The notes under the pieces: model-generated
What the model was told of the DNA's origin: nothing
Database searches by the model: none
What the model saw: the letters and a program-made list of their open reading frames with translations, nothing else
Shown: positions 29,345 through 38,923 of the stretch, piece by piece
How the letters are laid out: each line of letters opens with the position of its first letter
Position numbering within the stretch: position 1 is the stretch's first letter
Program-made: the position numbers and the translations under genes
Source of the DNA: Candidatus Latescibacterota bacterium
GTDB lineage: Bacteria; Latescibacterota; UBA2968; UBA8231
DNA: 64,000 nt
Assembly: GCA_965261395.1 (NCBI GenBank)
Contig: OZ253462.1
Coordinates: 3,104,001-3,168,000 of the forward strand
Reading direction: 5' to 3'

Positions 29345-30898
29345 ATGCAGCCGATAGATATTGGATCGAGCAAGCAGCTTTTCGTCGACGATCGCTTCAT
29401 CGCCACTGGCAACGGAGTGGAGCTCGTGATGAATCCACCCTACCAGGCCACGGAGCCGGTGGTGACCGTTGGCGCCCCTTGGGAAGACCCGTCCAACACG
29501 AGCTTTGGCATTTACAGCAGCGTGTTGCGGGAAGATGACGGTCGCATCCGGCTGTGGTATCACGTGCGCAGGGCAAAGGAGGAATCCGAGCTCAGCCTCG
29601 ACCAGGCCTACGTCGGCTATGCCGAATCGACGGACGGCATCCACTTCGACAAGCCGGAGCTGAACCTAATCGACGAGGGCGGGTCGACCCTCAACAACGT
29701 CGTCATCCCGAGCAAGCTCGGTGGCAGCTCGGTCTGGATCGACCCGCATGCCCCGCCCGAGGAGCGCTACAAGAACCAGTCGAAGGTCTACAATCCCAAT
29801 GTGGCGATGCAGTTCCACATGCACAGCTCGCCGGACGGCATCCACTGGACCTTCCTTCGTCGCATACAGCTTGAACAGCGCGGCGGCTGGGATACGCAGA
29901 GCATTATTTTCTGGGATCCGGCAATCGGGCGGTACGTCCTCTACACCCGCCGCTGGGTCGCAAAACGCCACACCACCGCCCAAGGAAATGAGAACTTCCG
30001 GACGGTCAGAAGGCTCGAGTCCGACGATCTCATCAACTGGGACAACCAGAAGACGGTCATGTCCCCGGACGAGGTAGACTTGGCGACATACGAGACCGGC
30101 GCGCCGTTGGATCCCACCGCGCCGGAAAAACCCTACGGCAGGGTGCCAATGGACTATTACGGCGCAGCCGTGTTCAAGTATCCGGACCCGCACGGCGTGT
30201 ACGTCATGCTCGCCAACGCCAATTGGTACTGGTTCAACCGCGAGCCGGTGGTGACCATGGTCCGCGACGACCTGGATGTCGTGCGCACCGAGACGCAGCA
30301 GATCTACGGGCCCAGCCGCTTCGACGTGCGCCTGTCGGTGAGTCGCGACGGAGTGGACTTCCAGCGCTGTGGCGGACGCCGGCCCTTCCTGAGCCCGGGG
30401 CCCGAAGGCAGTTTCTCCTCACGCATGATCTGGGCAATGCCGCATCCGGTCCGGATGGGTGACGAAATCTGGATCTACTACAGCGGCACCAACAGGGACC
30501 ACGACGGCCTCCTCGACCCGGCGGGCAAGGGCCACCTTTCCGGCATCGGTCGCGCGATTCTTCGGTTGGACGGGTTCGTATCGGCGGATGCGGGCTACGG
30601 CGGCGGCGAAATCGTCACGCCGATTATCCGCTTCGAGGGCGAGCGTTTGGAGCTGAACCTCGACACCGGGGGCGGCGGCGCGGTTCGCGTGGAGCTTCAG
30701 GATGCGTACGGCCGACCGGTCAGCGACTACACAGAGCGCGATGCGTCCTACATCTGCGGCAATTCGGTGCGCATGCCGGTCCGCTGGGGGAAGAGCTGGG
30801 ATGTCAGCTCATTATCCGGGAAACCGATCCGGATCCGTTTTGTCATGCGCGACTGCAAGCTGTACGCGTTTCAGTTCGTCGACTCGCCGAGCTCGTAA
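29345..30898 (+). CDS. five-bladed beta-propeller glycoside hydrolase-like protein
   Basis: QLFVDD, YAESTDGIHF.KP, WDTQ, SRDGVDF, LRLDGFVS; paralogue of 3662-5038. Confidence 0.7.
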   Translation: MQPIDIGSSKQLFVDDRFIATGNGVELVMNPPYQATEPVVTVGAPWEDPSNTSFGIYSSVLREDDGRIRLWYHVRRAKEESELSLDQAYVGYAESTDGIHFDKPELNLIDEGGSTLNNVVIPSKLGGSSVWIDPHAPPEERYKNQSKVYNPNVAMQFHMHSSPDGIHWTFLRRIQLEQRGGWDTQSIIFWDPAIGRYVLYTRRWVAKRHTTAQGNENFRTVRRLESDDLINWDNQKTVMSPDEVDLATYETGAPLDPTAPEKPYGRVPMDYYGAAVFKYPDPHGVYVMLANANWYWFNREPVVTMVRDDLDVVRTETQQIYGPSRFDVRLSVSRDGVDFQRCGGRRPFLSPGPEGSFSSRMIWAMPHPVRMGDEIWIYYSGTNRDHDGLLDPAGKGHLSGIGRAILRLDGFVSADAGYGGGEIVTPIIRFEGERLELNLDTGGGGAVRVELQDAYGRPVSDYTERDASYICGNSVRMPVRWGKSWDVSSLSGKPIRIRFVMRDCKLYAFQFVDSPSS

Positions 30899-31125
30899 CT
30901 CTGGCGCTCCGTCCGGAGGCAATTGGGGAATGTCTGGTCCCTGTCTCTCAGCACGAACCCGGGGGCCGAGCGAGCGACAACGTACTTCTTGTTCTTGTAT
31001 TTGAGACGGAGGGGGTTCCCTATGTCGTCGAGGGCCGGACGCGTATCGAGGCCATAGGCCGCCGCGCTTACGAAGAAGTTGAGAGGGGACAGTACCTAGC
31101 GCCTTGACAGAGTATCGACAGTGCT

Positions 31126-33378
31126 CTAGTGTGGCCCTACACTTTTCTTTAATCGCGCCATACTACGCATCATCAGCAGTGCCCCCAGATAGCAGCCGAC
31201 CGCGGCCCACAGCGCGACGGCAAAGCCCCAATGCAGGGCGATGAAAACCGCTAGGGCCGCGCCGAAGACCGAGGCCACGCCGTTGATTGCAAATCCCCAG
31301 TCGATGCACTCGCCGACGTAGCGCGCGGCGCGCGGGAAGGGCATGCCCATCAAAAATCCCGGCGGGGCGATTAACGCGCAACTTATGGCGACCCGCACTC
31401 CCCAATCAAGCCCTCCACAGATTGCCACCACGTGCGGGAAGAGCAGCAGATGCGCTGCCGTCCACACGGCGACAAAGACAAACGGCAACCACGGCCCGCC
31501 ACGCTGCGAGTAGAAACTTCCCGCGCCCGAACTCAGCAAGAGCGCCAACAGCACGATTGGAAACGTATAGGCCGAATGGCCCAAGAGCAGGCTGTATTGC
31601 TGGATCCACACCACCTCAATCAGCATGTAACCCATGCCAATGGCGGCGAAGTACAGCCAAGCGCCCCCCGACAGCCCGGCTTGCCCTCGCCGCCGAGGCA
31701 AGAGCAAGAGGGGCACTCCCACCGCGAGGACGACCGCCAGCACGGCCACCACCAGCAGCCGCGCTAGCGGAAATCCGGCAAACTCAAAGGCCAATGCCTG
31801 TTGCTGCCGCCCGCGATCCAAGCGGTCCCAGCGCCCCATCTGCGCGACAAAGGGGCGGTCGTCGGTCGGTGGGCTGATGTCGATGGCCGCGGTGGGCCAA
31901 TGCGCTTCCCAGCCATCGGCGACAATTCGGCTGATTAGGTGCTTGGCCGCGGGGGCAGGATGAAGGGCGCGGCTCGCCGGGTCGGCGGCGGCAAACAGGG
32001 CCGGCAAGGTCGTATCGACCAAGGTACTCGCCAGCGGCTGCCGTCCTAAAACCAACACCTGTCGTCGCTGCGTGGGCAGGTCGTACACCGCGAGGTGGCT
32101 TTCTGCGGCTAGGCCCAGTGCCCGCAGCGACTCTAATGCAGCGCTGGTCAGGCGCGGGATGTACACTTGGTGCTCGATTAGCAAAATCCCGTCTGCGCTC
32201 AGGGCGCGGTAGAAGTCGGCGAAGGCCTCGGCGGTGAATAGGTAGTTTTCGGCGAGGGCAAACGCCCCGGACGAGAGCGCGGCGAACGTGTTGGAACTGC
32301 GCGAGATAATCAGGTCAAACGCGGCCGGATGCTGTCGGGCATAGACGCGGGCATCTGTGCTGTGGACTTCGACTCCAGTGCTCTCGTACAGGTGGCCGAA
32401 GAACGCAGCCTGCGCCCCGTGAGTGAGCATTTCGTTGAGGCCGGCGTTGACTTCGACCGCAGCGACGCGCTGCGCACCGCCCCATTTGGCCTGCATCACT
32501 TCGCTGCCCCCACCAGCCCCGACCACCATCACCCGCTCGGCTGCGAGTGCGCGAATCAGCGGTCGCAGGTCGAGCGCAAACTCGGGTGTGGCCGCGGGCA
32601 GCCCCTCGCGCCAGTCGCCGCGCACCCGATAGAGCAGCATGTTGGCCGCGCCGTCGATGTCGATGCCGCGCTCGGCCGCGTTGTAGGCATAGACCCGAAT
32701 GCGGCCCATGGCGTCCCAGCGCTCGGCGATGACGGGGGCCTTGGTTGGTGCTTTGGGGACGAGTGCGGCCGCGGCTGTAAAGGCCGCGCCGATGAGTGCG
32801 ACGAGTAAGGCCAGCGACCCTATGCGCTGATAGCGGCTCGACCCCCATCCGGCTAGGGCACCGGGAATGCAGCACAGTACGGCTGCGGCCGGCACCCCAA
32901 AGGCGTTCATCGCGGCGATTGCAGCCATGCCGCCGCCGGCCGCCCCCACAAGGTCGGCGGCGTAGAGTTGGGCGGCGTGTTGGCGGTGGCGGCGCAAGAG
33001 CGCAGCGCAGAAGGCTCCGCCTGCCAGATAGGGTAGCAACAGTAACCCCACGCCTGCGGCCAGCAAGGCGAGGTCGCCCCCAGAGCGCCACAGCGCGACG
33101 AATTCGATGGGCAGGCGCGTTACAGCGGCCGGCCCGAGCGCGGCGGTTCCACTGGCCAAGAGCGCGGCTGTACCAATCCGCGGCGAGGTGGCCCACGTCG
33201 GCCAAAAGCGCAGCGACAGCGCCCCGAGGCCGAGGCCCAGCACGGCGAGGGAAACTACGAGAAAGGCAAAGGAGTAGAAGAATTCAGCGGAGAATATCCG
33301 CGTCCAGACGATCTCTAGCGCCACCAGCATGGCCGCGACCAAGCCGATGGCCACTTGGTCGCGGCGCAAGGGACTCAT
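31126..33378 (-). CDS. membrane protein with central spermidine-synthase-like class I SAM-binding domain
   Basis: N- and C-terminal TM bundles; VVGAGGG, VEVN, TDAR, TDDRPF. Confidence 0.75.
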   Translation of the reverse strand: MSPLRRDQVAIGLVAAMLVALEIVWTRIFSAEFFYSFAFLVVSLAVLGLGLGALSLRFWPTWATSPRIGTAALLASGTAALGPAAVTRLPIEFVALWRSGGDLALLAAGVGLLLLPYLAGGAFCAALLRRHRQHAAQLYAADLVGAAGGGMAAIAAMNAFGVPAAAVLCCIPGALAGWGSSRYQRIGSLALLVALIGAAFTAAAALVPKAPTKAPVIAERWDAMGRIRVYAYNAAERGIDIDGAANMLLYRVRGDWREGLPAATPEFALDLRPLIRALAAERVMVVGAGGGSEVMQAKWGGAQRVAAVEVNAGLNEMLTHGAQAAFFGHLYESTGVEVHSTDARVYARQHPAAFDLIISRSSNTFAALSSGAFALAENYLFTAEAFADFYRALSADGILLIEHQVYIPRLTSAALESLRALGLAAESHLAVYDLPTQRRQVLVLGRQPLASTLVDTTLPALFAAADPASRALHPAPAAKHLISRIVADGWEAHWPTAAIDISPPTDDRPFVAQMGRWDRLDRGRQQQALAFEFAGFPLARLLVVAVLAVVLAVGVPLLLLPRRRGQAGLSGGAWLYFAAIGMGYMLIEVVWIQQYSLLLGHSAYTFPIVLLALLLSSGAGSFYSQRGGPWLPFVFVAVWTAAHLLLFPHVVAICGGLDWGVRVAISCALIAPPGFLMGMPFPRAARYVGECIDWGFAINGVASVFGAALAVFIALHWGFAVALWAAVGCYLGALLMMRSMARLKKSVGPH

Positions 33379-33382
33379 GGCG

Positions 33383-33703
33383 CTAATCGAGGTGAAAGAC
33401 CTCTTCTAGTTCGATTATTGCGTCTTTGGGGCCGCCCTCCGGTATCTCGACCAACCCCTCGTTGGCCTCGCCCCAGCGCTGCGTGGCCTCTTCGGCGAGA
33501 AAGCCGTCGAGGGCCGTGGCAAAATCCGTCTCGGTCTCAAAGTAGCCGAAGACGAGGCCGTCTGCGTTCATAAAGAGCGAGTAGCGATGCCAGCCGTGGA
33601 GAGTGAGGGCCGCGCAGACGTCGGGCCACACTTGGCGATGCGCTTCCTTGTACTCGGCGATCCGATCCTTTTTAACCTGCATCTGGAAACCAACTCGTCG
33701 CAT
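33383..33703 (-). CDS. rhaM: L-rhamnose mutarotase family
   Basis: EYKEAHRQVWPD, YSLF, FGYFE, LEEVFHLD; start moved to the ATG at 33703. Confidence 0.85.
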   Translation of the reverse strand: MRRVGFQMQVKKDRIAEYKEAHRQVWPDVCAALTLHGWHRYSLFMNADGLVFGYFETETDFATALDGFLAEEATQRWGEANEGLVEIPEGGPKDAIIELEEVFHLD

Positions 33704-33707
33704 TTGC

Positions 33708-34250
33708 TCAAACCCCTTTAAAATTGTCCATGTCCGGCACAATGGACTGCCCGCGCTCCAAGTCGAAGTCGATTTCCACGGAGTGCGCTTGGTAATCTTG
33801 GTCGCCGCGGGTGGTCTGATACACGTCGTGGCCCTCGACGCAGATGGGCATGGTGTGCCACACCCCGAGGTGCAAACAGACGCCCACATCGCCCGCCGAG
33901 TAGAAAGCGCGCAGCTCCTCGGCCTGGATGTCGTCTTGGATCACTCCGACGAGAAACACGCTCGGCGAGTGCAAGCTGGGGTAAAACGACTGGCCGGCGT
34001 CGGTGTGAAAGGCAAAATGGGCGCGCTCCAGCCCTTCGGAAATGGGCACGCGCTGGGGGTGGGATGCGTACCAGTTCGGGTCATCTTTGGGCTCGGGGCC
34101 GGGCGTGGCAAGGACCGGGTACGCGTTGGTGGCATAACCGCCTTTGACCTTGTCCGGCTTGCGCTCCTCAAAGGTGCGAATCACGTGGCCGAAGGGTGCG
34201 AAGGTCTCGGGTACGAGTGGTTCAACCGGGATTTTCACGAGATTCCACAT
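33708..34250 (-). CDS. ureidoglycolate lyase (AllA)-like cupin, paralogue A
   Basis: EPL..ETFAPFG.VI, H..AGQSFYP, LRAF, GVWH. Confidence 0.65.
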   Translation of the reverse strand: MWNLVKIPVEPLVPETFAPFGHVIRTFEERKPDKVKGGYATNAYPVLATPGPEPKDDPNWYASHPQRVPISEGLERAHFAFHTDAGQSFYPSLHSPSVFLVGVIQDDIQAEELRAFYSAGDVGVCLHLGVWHTMPICVEGHDVYQTTRGDQDYQAHSVEIDFDLERGQSIVPDMDNFKGV

Positions 34251-34274
34251 GACAATCTCCTCTCATTGGCATGG

Positions 34275-35519
34275 TTAGTCGATGCCTAAGGCGGCGTCTA
34301 TCTCCGCTTGATAGGCGTACGATTGGCAGGATTCGACCGCGCTGAGCGACACCGGGCCGCCGGCGCGCCACGACTCAAACACCGCGTAGAGCGCGGCCAC
34401 GTCCTTTAGGCCGCAGAGGCCGTCAACTTCTACGGGCCTCTGGTCCCGTACGGCTGCGGCCATTTCGTGCAGCTCATACGCGATCAACTTCAGATCAACG
34501 AGCGGGTCGCCGGTCGTGACGCCGCTCGGAAAGAGGTAGCGAGTCAGCGGGTCGAATGTCAGTCCCGCGCCCTCGGCAGACGCGAGGATTTGCTCTTGGC
34601 TCAGCGCCTCGGCTCCGTGCCGCGCAAGCGTTATGCGCCCTCCGCGCACGCCAAAGCCGTCAATGCTGCCGTTGGTGCCCATGATTAGCTCGCGGTGCGC
34701 GCCCGCGTGGCCGGCGATTCCGACGAGCCAGTTTAGGGTCGCGCCGCTTTCCATCTTGAAGATCGCCTGGGTCATGTCCTCGGCCGCGGCCGGTACGCGC
34801 GCTGGCATGGCCGCGAAGCGCTTTTTGTAGAATGCGTAGTCCATGGACATGGAGGCCGATTTTTGCCGCTCCGGCTCCACCATCCGCGCGTCGGCATAGA
34901 CTTCGGCAAAATCTCCCAATTGGTAGCGGATCATGTGGGTGAAGTGGACGGCCATATCGAGGATAAAGCCGCCCAACTCCCGGCGGTGCCGCCAGGGGGT
35001 GATAAAAATGGAATTGCCCGCGCCGAGCGAATGGTATAACCCCATATAGGGCGTGCCGATGGCACCGGTGTCGATTAGGTGGCGCACGATGCGGGCTGAA
35101 GGGTCGCGGCGAAAATTTTCGGCCACGGAGACAATGCGCTCGTTGCGCGCGGCTGCGTCGAGGATCCGCTGGCAGGCTCGCACCGTGATGGCCAGCGGCT
35201 TTTCTACCAGCACGTGCAATCCCAAGTCGAGGGCCTCGCAGACGACGGTGTGATGCACGGACGGGTCGGTCACCACGTCCACGGCTTCCAGGTCCGGCAC
35301 CTGCTGGACCATCGCCTCCATGTTGGTGCAGACCTTGGGGCGGACTCCAAGGAGCTTCTCGGCTTCGGCCGCGGCCATCTCGGCGTTTTCCGCGCTGATG
35401 TCGCAGACCGCGCTTAGTTCGACCGAGTCGAAGGGGGAGTCGGCTAGCTGCTTGAGGCCGTGCAGATGGCGGGTGCCCATGCCGCCGCAGCCGACGAGGG
35501 CTAGGCGCACCTTGTCCAC
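34275..35519 (-). CDS. Gfo/Idh/MocA family oxidoreductase
   Basis: GCGGMG, VEKPLA, GGFILDMAVH. Confidence 0.9.
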   Translation of the reverse strand: MDKVRLALVGCGGMGTRHLHGLKQLADSPFDSVELSAVCDISAENAEMAAAEAEKLLGVRPKVCTNMEAMVQQVPDLEAVDVVTDPSVHHTVVCEALDLGLHVLVEKPLAITVRACQRILDAAARNERIVSVAENFRRDPSARIVRHLIDTGAIGTPYMGLYHSLGAGNSIFITPWRHRRELGGFILDMAVHFTHMIRYQLGDFAEVYADARMVEPERQKSASMSMDYAFYKKRFAAMPARVPAAAEDMTQAIFKMESGATLNWLVGIAGHAGAHRELIMGTNGSIDGFGVRGGRITLARHGAEALSQEQILASAEGAGLTFDPLTRYLFPSGVTTGDPLVDLKLIAYELHEMAAAVRDQRPVEVDGLCGLKDVAALYAVFESWRAGGPVSLSAVESCQSYAYQAEIDAALGID

Positions 35520-35522
35520 TAG

Positions 35523-36041
35523 CTACTCCTGCCAGTTGGGGACGCGGCTCATGTCGGGCAGCAGGGCCAAGCCGCGGTCTTGGTCGAAGTGGACATCAAC
35601 CGAGTGGTCGTGATAGTTCTGGTTGCCGCGCGCGGTTAGGTACACCTCTTCACCGCGCAGGCACACGGGCATGGTATGCCACACCTTGAGGTGCATGCAG
35701 ATGCCGGTGCTGCCGTCGGAGTAAAAGGCGCGCAGATCCTCCGGCTCAATCATCGGCTGGACCGGGGCGACGAAAAAGATGGTCGGGCAGTGCCGACTCG
35801 GATAGAAGGACTGCCCGGCGTCGTCGTGAAAGGCAAAGTGCGCCCGCAGCCGGCCCTCGGATAGGTCGAGCTGGTCAGATGTGGGGTCTTTTACTTCGGC
35901 CCGCACGGTGTACTCGCGCTCGACCAGCTCTCCTACCACGACTTCGGGTTTGGCCTCGTCAAAGGTGGAGATGACTTGCCCGAAAGGGGCAAAGGCCGAA
36001 GGGGTCAGCGGCTCCACGGGAACCTTGAGAATGTTTAGCAC
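35523..36041 (-). CDS. ureidoglycolate lyase (AllA)-like cupin, paralogue B
   Basis: GTG start at 36041 with AAGGAG SD; close paralogue of 33708-34250 (RAHFAFH.DAGQSFYPS, VWHTMP). Confidence 0.65.
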   Translation of the reverse strand: MLNILKVPVEPLTPSAFAPFGQVISTFDEAKPEVVVGELVEREYTVRAEVKDPTSDQLDLSEGRLRAHFAFHDDAGQSFYPSRHCPTIFFVAPVQPMIEPEDLRAFYSDGSTGICMHLKVWHTMPVCLRGEEVYLTARGNQNYHDHSVDVHFDQDRGLALLPDMSRVPNWQE

Positions 36042-36057
36042 GGCAACGCTCCTTTTG

Positions 36058-37578
36058 TTAGAAGGCCAGCAGCATCGGCCCCATCCGCTCCAGCAAGAGG
36101 GCCCGGTAGCGCTCGGCCTTGGCCACTTGCAGCCGTTCGAGCGGGTTGAAGTCGTCGGTGATGAGTTCACCCTCGGCGGGCATGGGATGTTCGTGTGCTG
36201 CGAGCCAAGCCGCGGCCTCAGTCGCCAGAGAAATCGGCTGCCGCGAAGCCAAGAAGACAAAGTCGTTAAAATCTGCGCCCGGCAGCGAGACGAGGGCCAA
36301 CTGGTGCGGAAATACCTCGCCTAGGGTCCGGTACACGGCCGCAGTCGCGGCGGCTTCTGGCCCCTCGGTAAAGCCGACGAAGTTTAGGGCCAAGAGACCG
36401 TCGTCTTTGAGGAGTCGGTCGAGGTCGTTGAGCATTTCGACGCTCAGCAGGTGGCTGGGCACGGACCCGCCGGTAAAGCAGTCGTGGATGATGAAGTCGT
36501 ATTGCTGGTCGAGGCGGCGGATTTCGTAGCGGGCGTCGCCGACTAGCAGCGCGCCCGATGGCTCGTAGAGAAAGTATTGCTGCGCGGCTTTGGCTACCTC
36601 TGGGTCTAGCTCTAGGGCGTCGGTGGCAATGCCTTGGGCCGCAAATGCCATGGCAATGTAGCCTCCGCCGAGGCCGATCAGCAGCGCGTTTTGCCCCCTT
36701 GGGTGCAAATGGGGCAGGGCGGCAATGATTTTTTGGTAGCTGAGCACCGGCCCACGGGTGTCGAGCCGCAGCGCGCTGATAACCGAAGCGTCCGACAGCA
36801 TCCACCGCACCCTGCGGGCGCGGTCATCGACGACCCGCACCCAGCCGTAGTGACTTTCGGCTTGGTGGACTAGGCGATAATCCCCATGTTCGGTCGGCCC
36901 TGGGCCGGTCTGTAGCCATAGCCCGGCGCCGGTCGCAATCGCCGCGGCCGCGACCGGCCCCAGCGCCGCGTGCCCCCACCGCCGCTCGTACCATGCCACG
37001 ACGAGTGCCAACAGGATTAAGGCCGCGCTGACTCCGTAGAGAATCACCCGCGACCCAAGGGCCGGCAGCAGGAAGAAGCCCAACAGCAAAGTGCCCACCA
37101 CGCTGCCGACTGTGCTGACCGCAAAAACCGAGCCGGCCGCCATGCCCACGCCTGCTCGCCGCCGCGCCGCCAGTTCAATCACCTGCGGCCCCACCATCCC
37201 GAGGCAGGTCAGCGGCAGGGTAAAAAGCAGCAGGGCACTGGTAAAGGCCCCGGCGCGCAGCCCCAGATCGTTGGTCCACAGCAAGACCGGGCGGGAGACA
37301 AACGGAATCGCGGCCGTCGTCAGCCCGGCGAGTGCGATGGCGTAGGAAAGCCGGAATCGCGTCTGCTTGTCAGCGACCAAGCCCCCGAGGTAATAGCCCA
37401 GTGCCAAGGCGATCAAAGCGACGGATATGAGCGAAGACCACACGTAGAGACTGACCCCGTAAAAGGGGCCGATGATGCGCGTACCCAACAGCTCTAGCAT
37501 CATCACTGCCGCGCCAGAGATGGTTACGGTGCCGTAGAGCAGCAAGCGGTTTTGGTGGTTTAACTGTTCTTCACTCAC
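36058..37578 (-). CDS. fused MFS-like/spermidine-synthase-like protein
   Basis: ELLGTR..GPFYG.S.YVW TM region; LLIGLGGG, ELDPEV, GDAR, ITDDFNP. Confidence 0.82.
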   Translation of the reverse strand: MSEEQLNHQNRLLLYGTVTISGAAVMMLELLGTRIIGPFYGVSLYVWSSLISVALIALALGYYLGGLVADKQTRFRLSYAIALAGLTTAAIPFVSRPVLLWTNDLGLRAGAFTSALLLFTLPLTCLGMVGPQVIELAARRRAGVGMAAGSVFAVSTVGSVVGTLLLGFFLLPALGSRVILYGVSAALILLALVVAWYERRWGHAALGPVAAAAIATGAGLWLQTGPGPTEHGDYRLVHQAESHYGWVRVVDDRARRVRWMLSDASVISALRLDTRGPVLSYQKIIAALPHLHPRGQNALLIGLGGGYIAMAFAAQGIATDALELDPEVAKAAQQYFLYEPSGALLVGDARYEIRRLDQQYDFIIHDCFTGGSVPSHLLSVEMLNDLDRLLKDDGLLALNFVGFTEGPEAAATAAVYRTLGEVFPHQLALVSLPGADFNDFVFLASRQPISLATEAAAWLAAHEHPMPAEGELITDDFNPLERLQVAKAERYRALLLERMGPMLLAF

Positions 37579-38923
37579 TGTTTTCTTTTTTCTGAGCGGC
37601 CTGTACAAGCTGCTTGTAGATCTTCATCTCAACGGCGACCCGCGCATCCAGCCCTTGGCTTTTGTAAAGACGGGCAAGATTGAAGTGAGTATCGGCGTTG
37701 TCCGGTGCTAGCTTGAGCGCCTTGGCAAAAGCTTGGACGGCCCGTTGCAAATCGCCGTTCATCATATAAGCCGAGCCCAGATTGTTAAAGCCTTGGGCAT
37801 AGCGCGGATTGAGCGCCAGCACGATCTCGTAGTGGTGGATCGCTTCGGCGATGCGCCCCTGCCTCAGTAGAACATTGGCCAAGTTGTTGCGGGCACTGAG
37901 ATCTTGGTCGTTGATGCGCAATGCCGCGGCGTACTCGACGCCCGCCTCGGCGTAGCGACCAAGACCTCCGTAGAGCACCCCTAGGTTGTAGTGCGCGTTG
38001 GTGTCGTCGGGGTAGAGGTTGAGGATATAGCGGAAACGCTCGATATCGGCGCTGACGGGTTGGATGCGTTTGAACATGGCCAAGAGCTTCTCGCCTCGGT
38101 CTTGGTCTCCCCGCCGCAAAAAGAGCATGCCGAGTCGGTGGTAGGCTTCGGCCTCAAAGGGGTCAATGTCAATGGCTTGCCTAAAGAGGCGCTCGGCTTC
38201 GTCTAAGCGACCCTGCTGCATGCGGACTTGGCCAAGCCCAGTGTAGGGCGGGGCGTAGTCTGGATGCAGGTTGATCATGCGCGCGAAGTTAGCCGCAGCC
38301 TCCTCGAATAGTCCCTGCTTGCCTTGGATTTGCCCCAGCCGGAAATAAGCGTCGCCATAGGCTGTGTCTATCTCAGTGGTGCGGGCAAATGCGCGGCTGG
38401 CCTCGTCGTAGCGCGCCTGCCGCTCATAGACCACGCCCAAATTGTAGTGGATGGCCGCGTCGTCGGAGCGTTTGAGGGCTTGCTGGAGGGCCTCTATGGC
38501 TTCGCTGTAGTGCCCGTCGTCGGCGTAGGCTATGGCGAGTTTGCGGTAGAAGTCCCCCCGCTCGGGGGCGGCGTGCAGACCCTCTTGATAGATGATCGCG
38601 GCATCGGCGTTGCGCCGCTGCCGGACGTAGATATCGCCCAAAAGGAGATAGGAATCAGCGTGGTCGGGGGCTAGCTGGACAGCCTGTTCGGCCCGTTGCG
38701 CCGCCTGCATTAGATGACCTTGAACCAGATTGAGGTGAGCCAAGAGCAAGAGGGCTTCAAGGTGCTGGCTATTGGCTGCGAGTACCTGGTTGCACGCAGC
38801 GACGGCATCGGTGTATTTGCCTTCTGTCGCTAGACGCTTGGCTTCTGCTAAGTGGTCACCGTCGCAAGCGCAAAGCAATGCGCAGGCGAGGAAACCCAGT
38901 GCCCTATAGGTGAGCCGCGTCAT
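37571..38923 (-). CDS. TPR-repeat lipoprotein
   Basis: Lipobox LLCAC; many TPR motifs (HYNLG, YFRLG, RNNLA, FNNLG). Confidence 0.85.
   Translation of the reverse strand: MTRLTYRALGFLACALLCACDGDHLAEAKRLATEGKYTDAVAACNQVLAANSQHLEALLLLAHLNLVQGHLMQAAQRAEQAVQLAPDHADSYLLLGDIYVRQRRNADAAIIYQEGLHAAPERGDFYRKLAIAYADDGHYSEAIEALQQALKRSDDAAIHYNLGVVYERQARYDEASRAFARTTEIDTAYGDAYFRLGQIQGKQGLFEEAAANFARMINLHPDYAPPYTGLGQVRMQQGRLDEAERLFRQAIDIDPFEAEAYHRLGMLFLRRGDQDRGEKLLAMFKRIQPVSADIERFRYILNLYPDDTNAHYNLGVLYGGLGRYAEAGVEYAAALRINDQDLSARNNLANVLLRQGRIAEAIHHYEIVLALNPRYAQGFNNLGSAYMMNGDLQRAVQAFAKALKLAPDNADTHFNLARLYKSQGLDARVAVEMKIYKQLVQAAQKKENSE

Noticed and set aside
30871-31095. Start-less minus-strand frame LNFFVSAAAYGLDTRPALDDIG... 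vaguely like an aldo/keto reductase fragment
   Set aside because: The similarity is too weak to support by eye, there is no start codon, and an in-frame TAG lies just upstream; it needs blastx.
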